From Clostridiales bacterium (GTDB lineage Bacteria; Bacillota; Clostridia; Christensenellales; Borkfalkiaceae), in NCBI GenBank assembly GCA_015069465.1, contig SVIO01000006.1, positions 24,618 to 88,617 on the forward strand: a stretch of DNA of 64,000 nt, written 5' to 3'. Below are positions 56,247 through 64,000 of this stretch, in pieces. The position numbers and the translations under genes are program-made. How positions within the stretch are numbered: position 1 is the first letter of the stretch; every line of letters starts with the position of its first letter. Under the pieces are notes generated by a model. It was not told where the DNA came from. It did not search any database and was given only the letters and a program-made list of their open reading frames with translations.

Positions 56247-56267
56247 TGTTTTTGTGTTATTTTTTAA

Positions 56268-57014
56268 TTAACCTTTGTAGTTAACTATGCTAGCAAAATC
56301 TTCTGCCTTTAATGCTGCACCACCGATAAGACCACCATCGATATGGCGCATTGCCATGAGTTCTTTTGCATTTGATGGTTTCATGCTTCCACCATATTGA
56401 ATACGAAGTGATTTTGCAACTTCACTGCCCCACGTCTTTTTAACAAGGCTTCTAATAAAACCGATTGTCTTATTTGCATCTTCAGCAGTCGCTGTTTTTC
56501 CTGTGCCAATAGCCCAAACAGGTTCATAAGCGATAACTATATTTGTAAAATCGCTAACATCCTTTAAGCCTTCTAAAATTTGCTTTTTCAAAACCTTCTT
56601 TGTCTTATTCTTTTCTCTTTCTTCAAGTGTTTCGCCAACGCAAACGATAGGTTTAAGGTCGTTTTTCAATGCTTGTTGTAAGCGCATGTTTACTGTAGCA
56701 TCTGTTTCGCCAAAGTATTGTCTTCTTTCGCTGTGACCGATTATAACATATTCAACACCAATTTCTTTAAGCATTGCTGCTGAAATTTCACCTGTGAATG
56801 CACCACTGTCTGCCCATGCAACATTTTCTGCACCAAGTTTTATTTTAGAACCTTTAATCGCTTCTTTTGCTACCCATAAATCTGTGTATGGAACGCATAT
56901 TACAACTTCAGGTTTAGATTTAGCAACAAATGGTTTAAGTTCGTTAATTAAAGCCACTGCTTCGGCAGCAGTTTTATTCATCTTCCAGTTTCCTGCAATA
57001 ATAGGTTTTCTCAT
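56268..57014 (-). CDS. tpiA: triosephosphate isomerase
   Basis: PIIAGNWKMNKT, IIGHSERR, AYEPVWAIGTGKTA. Confidence 0.98.
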   Translation of the reverse strand: MRKPIIAGNWKMNKTAAEAVALINELKPFVAKSKPEVVICVPYTDLWVAKEAIKGSKIKLGAENVAWADSGAFTGEISAAMLKEIGVEYVIIGHSERRQYFGETDATVNMRLQQALKNDLKPIVCVGETLEEREKNKTKKVLKKQILEGLKDVSDFTNIVIAYEPVWAIGTGKTATAEDANKTIGFIRSLVKKTWGSEVAKSLRIQYGGSMKPSNAKELMAMRHIDGGLIGGAALKAEDFASIVNYKG

Positions 57015-57050
57015 GTTAGTCTTTTCCTTTTTAGTAATTTTGTTTTTTAT

Positions 57051-58361
57051 TTATTTGTCATTAAGACATTCAATACCTGGCAATTTCTTTCCTTCAAAGA
57101 GTTCGAGTGATGCACCACCACCTGTTGAAATGTGTGTCATCTTATCTGCAAAACCAAGTGTTGTTACAGCGGCAGCAGAATCGCCACCACCGATGATTGT
57201 TGTGCCATCTGCTTCAGCAAGTGCTTTTGCTACAGCGATTGTGCCCTTAGCAAAAATTGGGTTTTCGAACACGCCCATAGGTCCGTTCCAAATAACTGTT
57301 TTTGCAGACTTAACAGCATCAGCATAAAGTTTAGCAGTTTTGTCACCGATATCAAGACCCATAATGTCTGCTGGGATTTTGTCAATATCACGAACAACAG
57401 TTTCAACTTCAGCATCGATAGGATTTGGGAAATCTTTTGTTGTTCTTGCATCAACAGGAAGAAGTAAACTCTTGCCTAAATCTTTTGCTTTTTGCATCAT
57501 ATCTTTGCAGTAATCAATTTGTTCATCATCAACGAGTGATGTTCCAACTTCATAGCCTTTAGCCTTTAAGAAAGTATAAGCCATACCACCACCGATAACG
57601 AGTGTATCGCACTTTTCTAATAAGTTAGAAATAACTTTTAATTTATCAGCAACTTTTGCACCACCCAAGATTGCCACAAATGGTCTAACTGGGTTTTCAA
57701 GTGCGTTTGCCATAACTGCAAGTTCCTTTTCAATTAAGAAACCACAAACGGCTGTATCCACAAAGCCATATTCAGCAATAGCAGCAGTTGTTGCGTGTGA
57801 ACGGTGTGCTGTGCCGAAAGCATCGTTTACATAAATATCGCAATATGAAGCGAGTTTTTTGCAAAGCGCCTCATCTCTCTTTTCTTCGCCTTGTTCAAAA
57901 CGAGTATTTTCTAAAAGTACAACTTCGCCGTCTTTAATGTTTGCAACTGCTTTATCTGCACTTTCGCCAACAACGTCTTCAGCAAAAACAACCTTTTGAC
58001 CGAGTTTTTCTGAAAGTTTTTCAGCAACAGGACGAAGAGTGAATTTTTCCTTGTCCTTTAGCGCTTTCTTTAAATATTCTGCCTTTGCGCTTTCTCTTTC
58101 ATTTTCAGGTAATGCTTCTACTGCTTTCTTTTCCTTTTTAGTTAAAGAAAAACCTGGTGTAAAAATGTTGTGTGGTTTGCCCATGTGTGAACAAAGAATA
58201 ACTTTTGCACCTTGTTCAATTAAATATTTAATTGTTGGAAGTGCACCGTTAATTCTTGTTTCATCGGTAATCACGCCGTCTTTCATAGGAACGTTAAAGT
58301 CCACTCTTACAAGACACTTTTTGCCTTTGACATTTACATCTTTAATTGACTTTTTATTCAT
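57051..58361 (-). CDS. pgk: phosphoglycerate kinase (436 aa, with an internal insertion)
   Basis: ATG 58361 ([25 protein letters not shown]) follows an AGGAGA RBS. Also STGGGASLE and [10 protein letters not shown]. The track ORF is extended upstream spuriously. Confidence 0.96.
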   Translation of the reverse strand: MNKKSIKDVNVKGKKCLVRVDFNVPMKDGVITDETRINGALPTIKYLIEQGAKVILCSHMGKPHNIFTPGFSLTKKEKKAVEALPENERESAKAEYLKKALKDKEKFTLRPVAEKLSEKLGQKVVFAEDVVGESADKAVANIKDGEVVLLENTRFEQGEEKRDEALCKKLASYCDIYVNDAFGTAHRSHATTAAIAEYGFVDTAVCGFLIEKELAVMANALENPVRPFVAILGGAKVADKLKVISNLLEKCDTLVIGGGMAYTFLKAKGYEVGTSLVDDEQIDYCKDMMQKAKDLGKSLLLPVDARTTKDFPNPIDAEVETVVRDIDKIPADIMGLDIGDKTAKLYADAVKSAKTVIWNGPMGVFENPIFAKGTIAVAKALAEADGTTIIGGGDSAAAVTTLGFADKMTHISTGGGASLELFEGKKLPGIECLNDK

Positions 58362-58419
58362 CTTTATTCTCCTAATAGTTTTTAACTTATAGTTAATTAT
58401 GCCATTTTTGGCCATTTTT

Positions 58420-58449
58420 ATTATATAAAAGAAATCCACTGTTTGTCAA
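58420..58449 (-). promoter_or_regulatory. pgk promoter (TTGACA-N18-TATAAT) embedded in the upstream gene's terminator
   Basis: The minus strand reads TTGACAaacagtggatttcttttaTATAAT. The -35 hexamer lies in the loop of the terminator hairpin. Confidence 0.5.
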
Positions 58450-58467
58450 ACGTTTAACAGTGGATTT
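58425..58467 (-). terminator. terminator after the Na/Pi cotransporter gene
   Basis: 12-bp stem AAATCCACTGTT / AACAGTGGATTT followed on the minus strand by CTTTTAT. Confidence 0.7.
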
Positions 58468-58506
58468 TCGTTCTATAAAGCAATATAAACAAAGTTTTTT
58501 TTGTTA

Positions 58507-60186
58507 TTATAATGCTATTTCTTGTTTTTGCGCCTTTTCTTTGTAAACCTTAATACTCTTTGCAACGTTGTTGATGTGGTCTGCAACCCTTTCTAAGTTA
58601 GAAATTGTTTGCAAGAATACAGAGCCTGCTTGCGCACTGCAACCACCTTTTTTAACCCTATTTATGTGGCGTTTTTCAAGTGTTTGACAATATGTATCGA
58701 TATCTTCTTCAACGGCTTCTACATCAGGTAAAATTGAAATATCTCTTGTATCAAACGCCTTAAATGCTAGGTCGTATAAATTTAAAACTTTTTGCTTAAA
58801 TTCGTTTAGTTCGCTAACAGCATCGCTTGATAGTTCAAGGTCTTCTTCTCTTAAACGATTAGCGTATTCCATAACGTTTTCTGCATAGTCGCCCACCCTT
58901 TCAATGTCTGAAACAACGTGGTAATACGAACCGACCTTTCTATCATCTTCATCGGTGAGTTCTTTGCCCATCAACTTTGTTAAATATGCAGTTAAATTTT
59001 TATTTAGTGCGTTGATTTTTATTTCTCTGTCGCTGATTGATTCTGTATTATCAACACTGCTATCGAGTAACATTTCTATAGATTCGTTAACATTTTGTTT
59101 TGCGAATTCGCCCATTCTAACAATTTCTTTTCTTATGTTACCAACGGCTACTGCTGGTGTTGACATCAAACGGTCGTCAATGTACATAAAGCCAAACCTT
59201 TCTTCACTATTTTGACTTTCTGGAACGATAAGGCATACGAGCCTTACTAAATATTTTGTAAACGGCATTAAAAATGCTGTTACGACAATGTTAAACAATG
59301 TGTGGAATATAGCAACTTGTGTTCCTATAACAGGACTCATGCTTGCGAAAAGATTTGTAACTTCTGTTTTCCATATCCAAATAGGTGCTAAGAAAATTAA
59401 ACAACCTATAGTGTTAAATAATAAGTGTAGAACTGCCGTTCTTTTTGCGTTTGTGCAAGTTCCTGCCGATGATAATATCGCCGTGATACAAGTTCCTATA
59501 TTTGAACCTAATGCTAGGAATAATGCGTTATCAAAAGTGAGAACTTTAATCGTTGCTAAAACAACCATTAAACTCGTAATAGTTGAAGAACTGTGTACGA
59601 GTGCCGTTAGCACGATACCGATTAAAATAAGTAAAAGTGGATTGTGGTCGCCTTGGAAGATTGTTTTAACCCAATCGTATGGCACATCTTTACTAACGAA
59701 CATTATTTCTTTTGCATAAGAAGAAATAAATTCTAAGCCTACGAAAATTAAACCAAGTCCACCTAAAATACTACCGATATTAGCGACCTTTTCGTTTTTA
59801 ACGAGCATAGACATAAGCACGCCGATACAGCCGAGCATTGCTGCGATTGCACCGATATCGATAGAGCCAACGCCTGAAAGCGAAACGATATGCGCTGTGA
59901 CAGTTGTACCGATATTAGCACCCATAATAACATTTAGGGCTTGCGATAACGTTAAAATTCCAACGTTAACAAAACCTACAAGCATAACCGTGGTTGCCGT
60001 TGAACTTTGGATTATGCTTGTTACAGCAATACCAACGCCCACGCCTGCAAACCTGTTGGTGGTTATTTTGCCGAGCATCTTTTTCATTCCCCCACCGGCA
60101 ACTTGCTCTAATGCACTGCCCATTATCTTCATACCGAACATCATAACTGCAACGCCACCGAACATAAAGAATATGTTCCAAATCAT
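58507..60186 (-). CDS. Na/Pi cotransporter family protein with C-terminal PhoU-like repeats
   Basis: Duplicated Na_Pi_cotrans motifs (SSTATTVMLVGFV, HSSSTITSLMVVL) and a C-terminal PhoU-like helical domain (ERVGDYAEN, ERVADHINN). Confidence 0.88.
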   Translation of the reverse strand: MIWNIFFMFGGVAVMMFGMKIMGSALEQVAGGGMKKMLGKITTNRFAGVGVGIAVTSIIQSSTATTVMLVGFVNVGILTLSQALNVIMGANIGTTVTAHIVSLSGVGSIDIGAIAAMLGCIGVLMSMLVKNEKVANIGSILGGLGLIFVGLEFISSYAKEIMFVSKDVPYDWVKTIFQGDHNPLLLILIGIVLTALVHSSSTITSLMVVLATIKVLTFDNALFLALGSNIGTCITAILSSAGTCTNAKRTAVLHLLFNTIGCLIFLAPIWIWKTEVTNLFASMSPVIGTQVAIFHTLFNIVVTAFLMPFTKYLVRLVCLIVPESQNSEERFGFMYIDDRLMSTPAVAVGNIRKEIVRMGEFAKQNVNESIEMLLDSSVDNTESISDREIKINALNKNLTAYLTKLMGKELTDEDDRKVGSYYHVVSDIERVGDYAENVMEYANRLREEDLELSSDAVSELNEFKQKVLNLYDLAFKAFDTRDISILPDVEAVEEDIDTYCQTLEKRHINRVKKGGCSAQAGSVFLQTISNLERVADHINNVAKSIKVYKEKAQKQEIAL

Positions 60187-60364
60187 ATTTATTTTTTCTC
60201 CTATTGTAATTTTCTATTTGTCCATAATAATTTTACTATAAAGGGACTTTTTGTGTCAAACAAATAAATATAATTAGCATAAAATTTTAAGTCGCTGAAT
60301 TGAATTATTTTTTTCATTTACTCTGTTGTTCGCTTGACAATTTTATCTTTTTATGCTTATGGTT

Positions 60365-60856
60365 TTATTTTTTTGGAATTTCACCCTTTGTTTGTAAACC
60401 CAAATAATCTAGTTGCCTTAATGCTTCATAAACGCCAACACAAACTGAGTTTGATAGGTTAAGCGAGCGTGTTTCATTTAGCATTGGAAGTCTAACACAC
60501 TCATCATAATGCTTTTCAAGAAGGCTTTCTGGCAAGCCCTTCGTTTCCTTTCCAAATACTAAAAAATCGCCGTCTTTATACTTTGCATCTGAGTGGATTT
60601 GTTTAGCCTTGGTTGAGAAAAACCAAAAGTTGTTTCCGTTATAGAACTTGTCCATAACTTCTTCAATGCTGTCATAATAACTGATATCTACTAAGTGCCA
60701 ATAATCAAGTCCTGCCCTTTTTAGATACTTGTCCGAAACTTCAAAGCCGAGTGGCCTTACCATATGTAATTTACTGCCTGTAACGGCACAAGTCCTTGCA
60801 ATATTACCTGCATTTTGTGGTATTTCTGGTTCAACTAAAACTATGTTTAATGCCAT
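60365..60856 (-). CDS. trmL: tRNA (cytidine/uridine-2'-O-)-methyltransferase TrmL (SpoU family)
   Basis: LNIVLVEPEIPQNAGNIARTCAVTG, FGKETKGLP, SLNLSNSV. Confidence 0.9.
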   Translation of the reverse strand: MALNIVLVEPEIPQNAGNIARTCAVTGSKLHMVRPLGFEVSDKYLKRAGLDYWHLVDISYYDSIEEVMDKFYNGNNFWFFSTKAKQIHSDAKYKDGDFLVFGKETKGLPESLLEKHYDECVRLPMLNETRSLNLSNSVCVGVYEALRQLDYLGLQTKGEIPKK

Positions 60857-60867
60857 AATCTTCTCCT

Positions 60868-61548
60868 TTAATATCCCGAATTAAATTCCCTATAAAGCCC
60901 ACGCCTTCTTGAACTAATAAGGTGATAATCTTTTTCAATGGTTATCTTTGTTTTTACTATTTCATTACTACTTGCAACAACTATTTTGCCACGAATATCG
61001 CTTACGCACGCATAGTTTTTTGCACATAGCGCCATAGGCACGCCGTTTGAAAACGCACCTGCCCTAAGCATAATCTGTGGCATATAGCCATCGAGTTTTT
61101 TAAACACACATATTATTATATCTGCATCGCAAAGCGTTAAAACCCTTGCCGATTCTGGAAAGAATAGGTCTTCTGCAACGATTAAACCTATTTTGCCAAC
61201 GCTTGTGTCATACACCCTAAAATTGCCACCACTTACAAACTCGCTTTCATCAATCGAGTGTGCCATGTCAGAAACACCCAAAATTTTGCCCTTATCGGCA
61301 ATTACTGCCGAGTGGCGAAATAGTCCATAAGTGTCGGTGTCGCAACCACAAATAATAACCGAAGATAATTGTTTAGATGCTAAGGCTAAGTCATGAAAAT
61401 ATTCGGTCTCGCCATCAAGTTCTTTTTTATAACTGACAAGCCCCAAACCATTAAATCCAAACACGATTATCTCACTGCCACTTATTTGTGATAAATTTTG
61501 CTCTACAACTTGGTTGAGAGAGCCGTTTGTTATAAAACTTAACTGCAT
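60868..61548 (-). CDS. carbon-nitrogen hydrolase-fold protein, apparently catalytically degenerate
   Basis: KIGLIVAEDLFFPESARVL resembles the nitrilase-superfamily motif G..ICyD..FPE, but with Ala in place of the nucleophile Cys. Confidence 0.55.
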   Translation of the reverse strand: MQLSFITNGSLNQVVEQNLSQISGSEIIVFGFNGLGLVSYKKELDGETEYFHDLALASKQLSSVIICGCDTDTYGLFRHSAVIADKGKILGVSDMAHSIDESEFVSGGNFRVYDTSVGKIGLIVAEDLFFPESARVLTLCDADIIICVFKKLDGYMPQIMLRAGAFSNGVPMALCAKNYACVSDIRGKIVVASSNEIVKTKITIEKDYHLISSRRRGLYREFNSGY

Positions 61549-61606
61549 ATTTTTACCCCACTAAATAGACTATACATATTATTCTATTTTAGTGGAGATT
61601 TTTTTG

Positions 61607-62545
61607 TTAAATATTTTTATCTATAAGTTCGATAATCTGGTCAGTAGTTGTAGCACTATATATTTGATTTTTTAACTCTCTAACGCCGTCCATGCCCTTA
61701 AAGTAATATGCCAAAAACTTTCTAAACTCGTTTGTGGCTCTTCTATCATCATAATAGTTTTTCATAAGTGATATGTGCTTTAATATGTATTCTTTTAAGG
61801 TATTTTTTATAGGCGTATCGGTTAACTTGCAAACTAAAAATGGGTCTATTATTGCGCCACGAGCAAGCATTACACCATCAGCGCCCGTTCTATCCATCAT
61901 TTTATCAGCATCATCAACCGAAAAAATGCCCCCGTTTGCAATTATAGGAATATTTACCGATTTTTTCGCTTCATAAACAGCGTCATAATTTGGTTCGCCA
62001 GAATAATAATCTTCCCTTACCCTTGCATGAATTGAAACTAGGCTTGCACCTGCATCTTCAGCCATAAGCGCAAACTCTTTTGCAATGTTATCCCCTTTAT
62101 TTAAGCCTATCCTTGTTTTTACCGTTATAATCTTGCCACTTTTTTTGCACTCAGAGATTATTTCACTCGCTTTTTTTAGGTCGTTAAGAAGGGCACTGCC
62201 TTCGCCGTTTCTATATACTTTTGGCACAGGACAACCCATGTTTATATCGACAATCTTAAAATTAGATAAATATTCACTTTCGCAGGCACTACGCATATAG
62301 TATGGCTCGCTTCCAAAAAGTTGAACTGCAGTATTATCAATGTCATCACCACAATAAAGCAGTTCTTTTGAGCCTTGACTTTTATACATAAGTCCTTTAG
62401 CGCTTACGAGTTCGGTAAAGGTTAAGCCTACCCCACACTCCAACTGAAGTTTTCTATAAGGGTAGTCAGTGTAGCCTGCCATCGGTGCTAGAAAAACATT
62501 ATTTTTGACATATAAATTGCCCACTTTTAGTTGTTTCGTTTTCAT
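61607..62545 (-). CDS. dus: tRNA-dihydrouridine synthase
   Basis: VFLAPMAGYTDYPYR, DINMGCPVPKV, ASLVSIHARV. Confidence 0.92.
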   Translation of the reverse strand: MKTKQLKVGNLYVKNNVFLAPMAGYTDYPYRKLQLECGVGLTFTELVSAKGLMYKSQGSKELLYCGDDIDNTAVQLFGSEPYYMRSACESEYLSNFKIVDINMGCPVPKVYRNGEGSALLNDLKKASEIISECKKSGKIITVKTRIGLNKGDNIAKEFALMAEDAGASLVSIHARVREDYYSGEPNYDAVYEAKKSVNIPIIANGGIFSVDDADKMMDRTGADGVMLARGAIIDPFLVCKLTDTPIKNTLKEYILKHISLMKNYYDDRRATNEFRKFLAYYFKGMDGVRELKNQIYSATTTDQIIELIDKNI

Positions 62546-63860
62546 TTTGCCTTCCCTTTTTTGATATCAATATTAAGTTTATCAAACATACACTAAAATA
62601 GCAAGCAATTATAGCCATTGCCGAGCCATAAATATTTAATTTTTTATTGCTGAGTAAAATTAAGTTTAAAACAGTTTTTATAATTATACCTATCCCTAAA
62701 GTTTTAACAGGCATGTATAGTTTGCCACTGCCTATAAGCACGGCATTACTTGACTGAACTAATGATAATAAAAGCACACAAGGCGAGCATATGGTGAGTA
62801 GTTTTATGGCAATACCCTTTTGAACATTGGGCAAGTTATTAAAAAGTAAATTTATAGTAAAGGGTGCAAAGGCACTTAGGAAAATAGCACAAGGCAATGC
62901 CACAATAGTTGTTAAAACAATTATTTTTTTAGAGCGAGAATTTATTTCGCTTTGGGTTTTGCAACTAGATACTGAAGGCACAGCCACCGTTGAGATGCCA
63001 TAGCACACCGAAACGGGCAAGTTTATTACCGTCATAACCACCCCAGACAATAAGCCATAAAGTGCCGTTGCACTACTAGTGTACCCCTTTAATATGTTGA
63101 TAATAACAAAACTATCTATCACATGAGATAGTGGAAGCATAATGCCCACCAAAGTGATGGGTATTGTAGTTTTAATAATAGTTTTTGCGTCTTTTATAAA
63201 TGTGCCTTTTTCTAAGGCTGTTTGGCTAGGTTTTCTTGCTGAAAAACCTTTATATTTTAGGTATAAATAGATAAGGGCAACGAGTTCCGAAATGGTTATC
63301 GCAAGGGTTGCCCCACCAACGCTGAGCGAAATGTTTGGCATAAATGCATTTATAAATATTAAACCAAAAACTAATTTTACGCCTTGCTCTATTATTTGGG
63401 AAATTGCAGTTGGGCGCATATCTAAATAGGCTTGAAAATACCCCCTAAAGCAAGATATTACCGAAACGAACATTATTGCTGGCGACAAAAATAAATATGC
63501 TGTTTTTGCACCTTCATTTCCTTGAAGCCTTGCTAAACTCGAAGAAAAAACAGCCATAAAAATCGATGCTAGAACGCCGAGCGATAGAAAAAGTTTTATA
63601 CTACTAGAAAGTAGTCTTTTTGCCACGGCATCCTTATCTTCTTGCATTGCAATAATTCTAGATAATGCACTTGGAAGCCCTGCACCAGAAAAATCAAGAA
63701 GAAGTGCATAAATGGGAAAAACCATTTGGTATAGTCCAAGCCCTAAGCCACCAAGTTTATTGGTTAGTGGTATTCTATAAACAGCGCCTAAAAATTTGGC
63801 GATAAAAGTGCCTATTCCAAGCCACAGTGCCCCACTAAATAATGCATTTTTAATTCTCAT
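62499..63860 (-). CDS. MOP-superfamily flippase (polysaccharide biosynthesis / SpoVB / MurJ-like)
   Basis: ~14 TM. The N-terminus is GTFIAKFLGAVYRIPLTNKLGGLGLGLYQMVFPIY. The start is uncertain: I chose ATG 63860, while the track's TTG 63917 overlaps the upstream gene and a hairpin. Confidence 0.8.
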   Translation of the reverse strand: MRIKNALFSGALWLGIGTFIAKFLGAVYRIPLTNKLGGLGLGLYQMVFPIYALLLDFSGAGLPSALSRIIAMQEDKDAVAKRLLSSSIKLFLSLGVLASIFMAVFSSSLARLQGNEGAKTAYLFLSPAIMFVSVISCFRGYFQAYLDMRPTAISQIIEQGVKLVFGLIFINAFMPNISLSVGGATLAITISELVALIYLYLKYKGFSARKPSQTALEKGTFIKDAKTIIKTTIPITLVGIMLPLSHVIDSFVIINILKGYTSSATALYGLLSGVVMTVINLPVSVCYGISTVAVPSVSSCKTQSEINSRSKKIIVLTTIVALPCAIFLSAFAPFTINLLFNNLPNVQKGIAIKLLTICSPCVLLLSLVQSSNAVLIGSGKLYMPVKTLGIGIIIKTVLNLILLSNKKLNIYGSAMAIIACYFSVCLINLILISKKGRQNENETTKSGQFICQK

Positions 63861-63866
63861 ATGTAC

Positions 63867-63898
63867 AAATGACCACGAATCAATGTTCGTGGTCATTT
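63867..63898 (-). terminator. 13-bp perfect hairpin between the upstream partial gene and the flippase start
   Basis: AAATGACCACGAA tcaatg TTCGTGGTCATTT. On the minus strand only a short TTT follows before the ATG. Confidence 0.45.
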
Positions 63899-63909
63899 TA
63901 ACGGATAAG

Positions 63910-64000
63910 TCACTCAAATTGTTTAGATAAAAATGATGCTCCTAATTGAACAAGTTTTATATCTTCAGCCTTAAATCTTGATGATTTATCGCTGTCAAAA
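63910..64000 (-). CDS. C-terminal fragment of an unidentified protein (gene runs off the window end)
   Basis: The minus-strand frame is open to the window edge: ...FDSDKSSRFKAEDIKLVQLGASFLSKQFE*, followed by the hairpin. Confidence 0.35.
   Translation of the reverse strand, partial: FDSDKSSRFKAEDIKLVQLGASFLSKQFE

Noticed and set aside
56794-57327. 177-aa plus-strand ORF spanning the tpiA/pgk junction
   Set aside because: It is antisense to two near-universally conserved glycolytic genes and crosses their intergenic RBS region, so it is a shadow ORF.
59288-59719. 143-aa ORF antisense to the Na/Pi cotransporter gene
   Set aside because: It is a shadow ORF within a well-supported membrane protein gene.
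1-64000. tRNA, rRNA, CRISPR arrays, transposases/integrases, prophage or toxin-antitoxin modules
   Set aside because: All intergenic regions longer than 60 nt were read on both strands. None shows cloverleaf-type structure, regularly spaced direct repeats or terminal inverted repeats. No ORF shows recombinase, transposase or typical defence-system motifs.

Overview
Low-GC Bacillota (Clostridia-like) chromosomal segment with about 70 genes, nearly all on the minus strand. Everything below is read from the sequence and ORF track by eye; no searches were run.

Housekeeping core:
- tsaD' (partial), prfB with the classical +1 programmed frameshift (the ORF track shows only the downstream part), secA, comFC and metK.
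- A complete S10-spc-alpha ribosomal superoperon, rpsJ to rplQ (26.4-42.2 kb), including secY-adk-map-KOW-infA-rpmJ.
- tig-clpP-clpX, rqcH, two RluA-family pseudouridine synthases, ileS (type 2), pgk-tpiA, a Na/Pi cotransporter, trmL, dus and a MOP-family flippase.

Accessory parts:
- A TetR-regulated heterodimeric ABC exporter with a start/stop-adjacent PflX-like radical-SAM gene, followed by an orphan ferritin-like protein (6.2-12.9 kb).
- A sipW-type signal peptidase operon with two modular TasA/camelysin-like secreted proteins and a divergent mini-XRE regulator (13.0-17.7 kb).
- potABCD behind an XRE-cupin regulator, then ygjV, feoAB, an orphan 675-aa surface protein and an MntP-like gene.

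I saw no rRNA, tRNA, CRISPR array, transposase or integrase.

The most unusual locus is the sipW/TasA-like module. Its signal peptidase carries a ~190-aa predicted cytoplasmic extension. Its two secreted paralogs share a conserved TasA-like N-terminal module but have different beta-helix C-terminal domains. Palindromes lie inside the promoter region it shares with the XRE gene.

Secondary leads are a terminator-bearing ~240-nt leader upstream of rpsJ, structured spacers inside the ribosomal operons, a carbon-nitrogen hydrolase homolog that appears to lack its catalytic Cys, and several apparently leaderless genes. I cannot show that any of these is a truly undescribed system.
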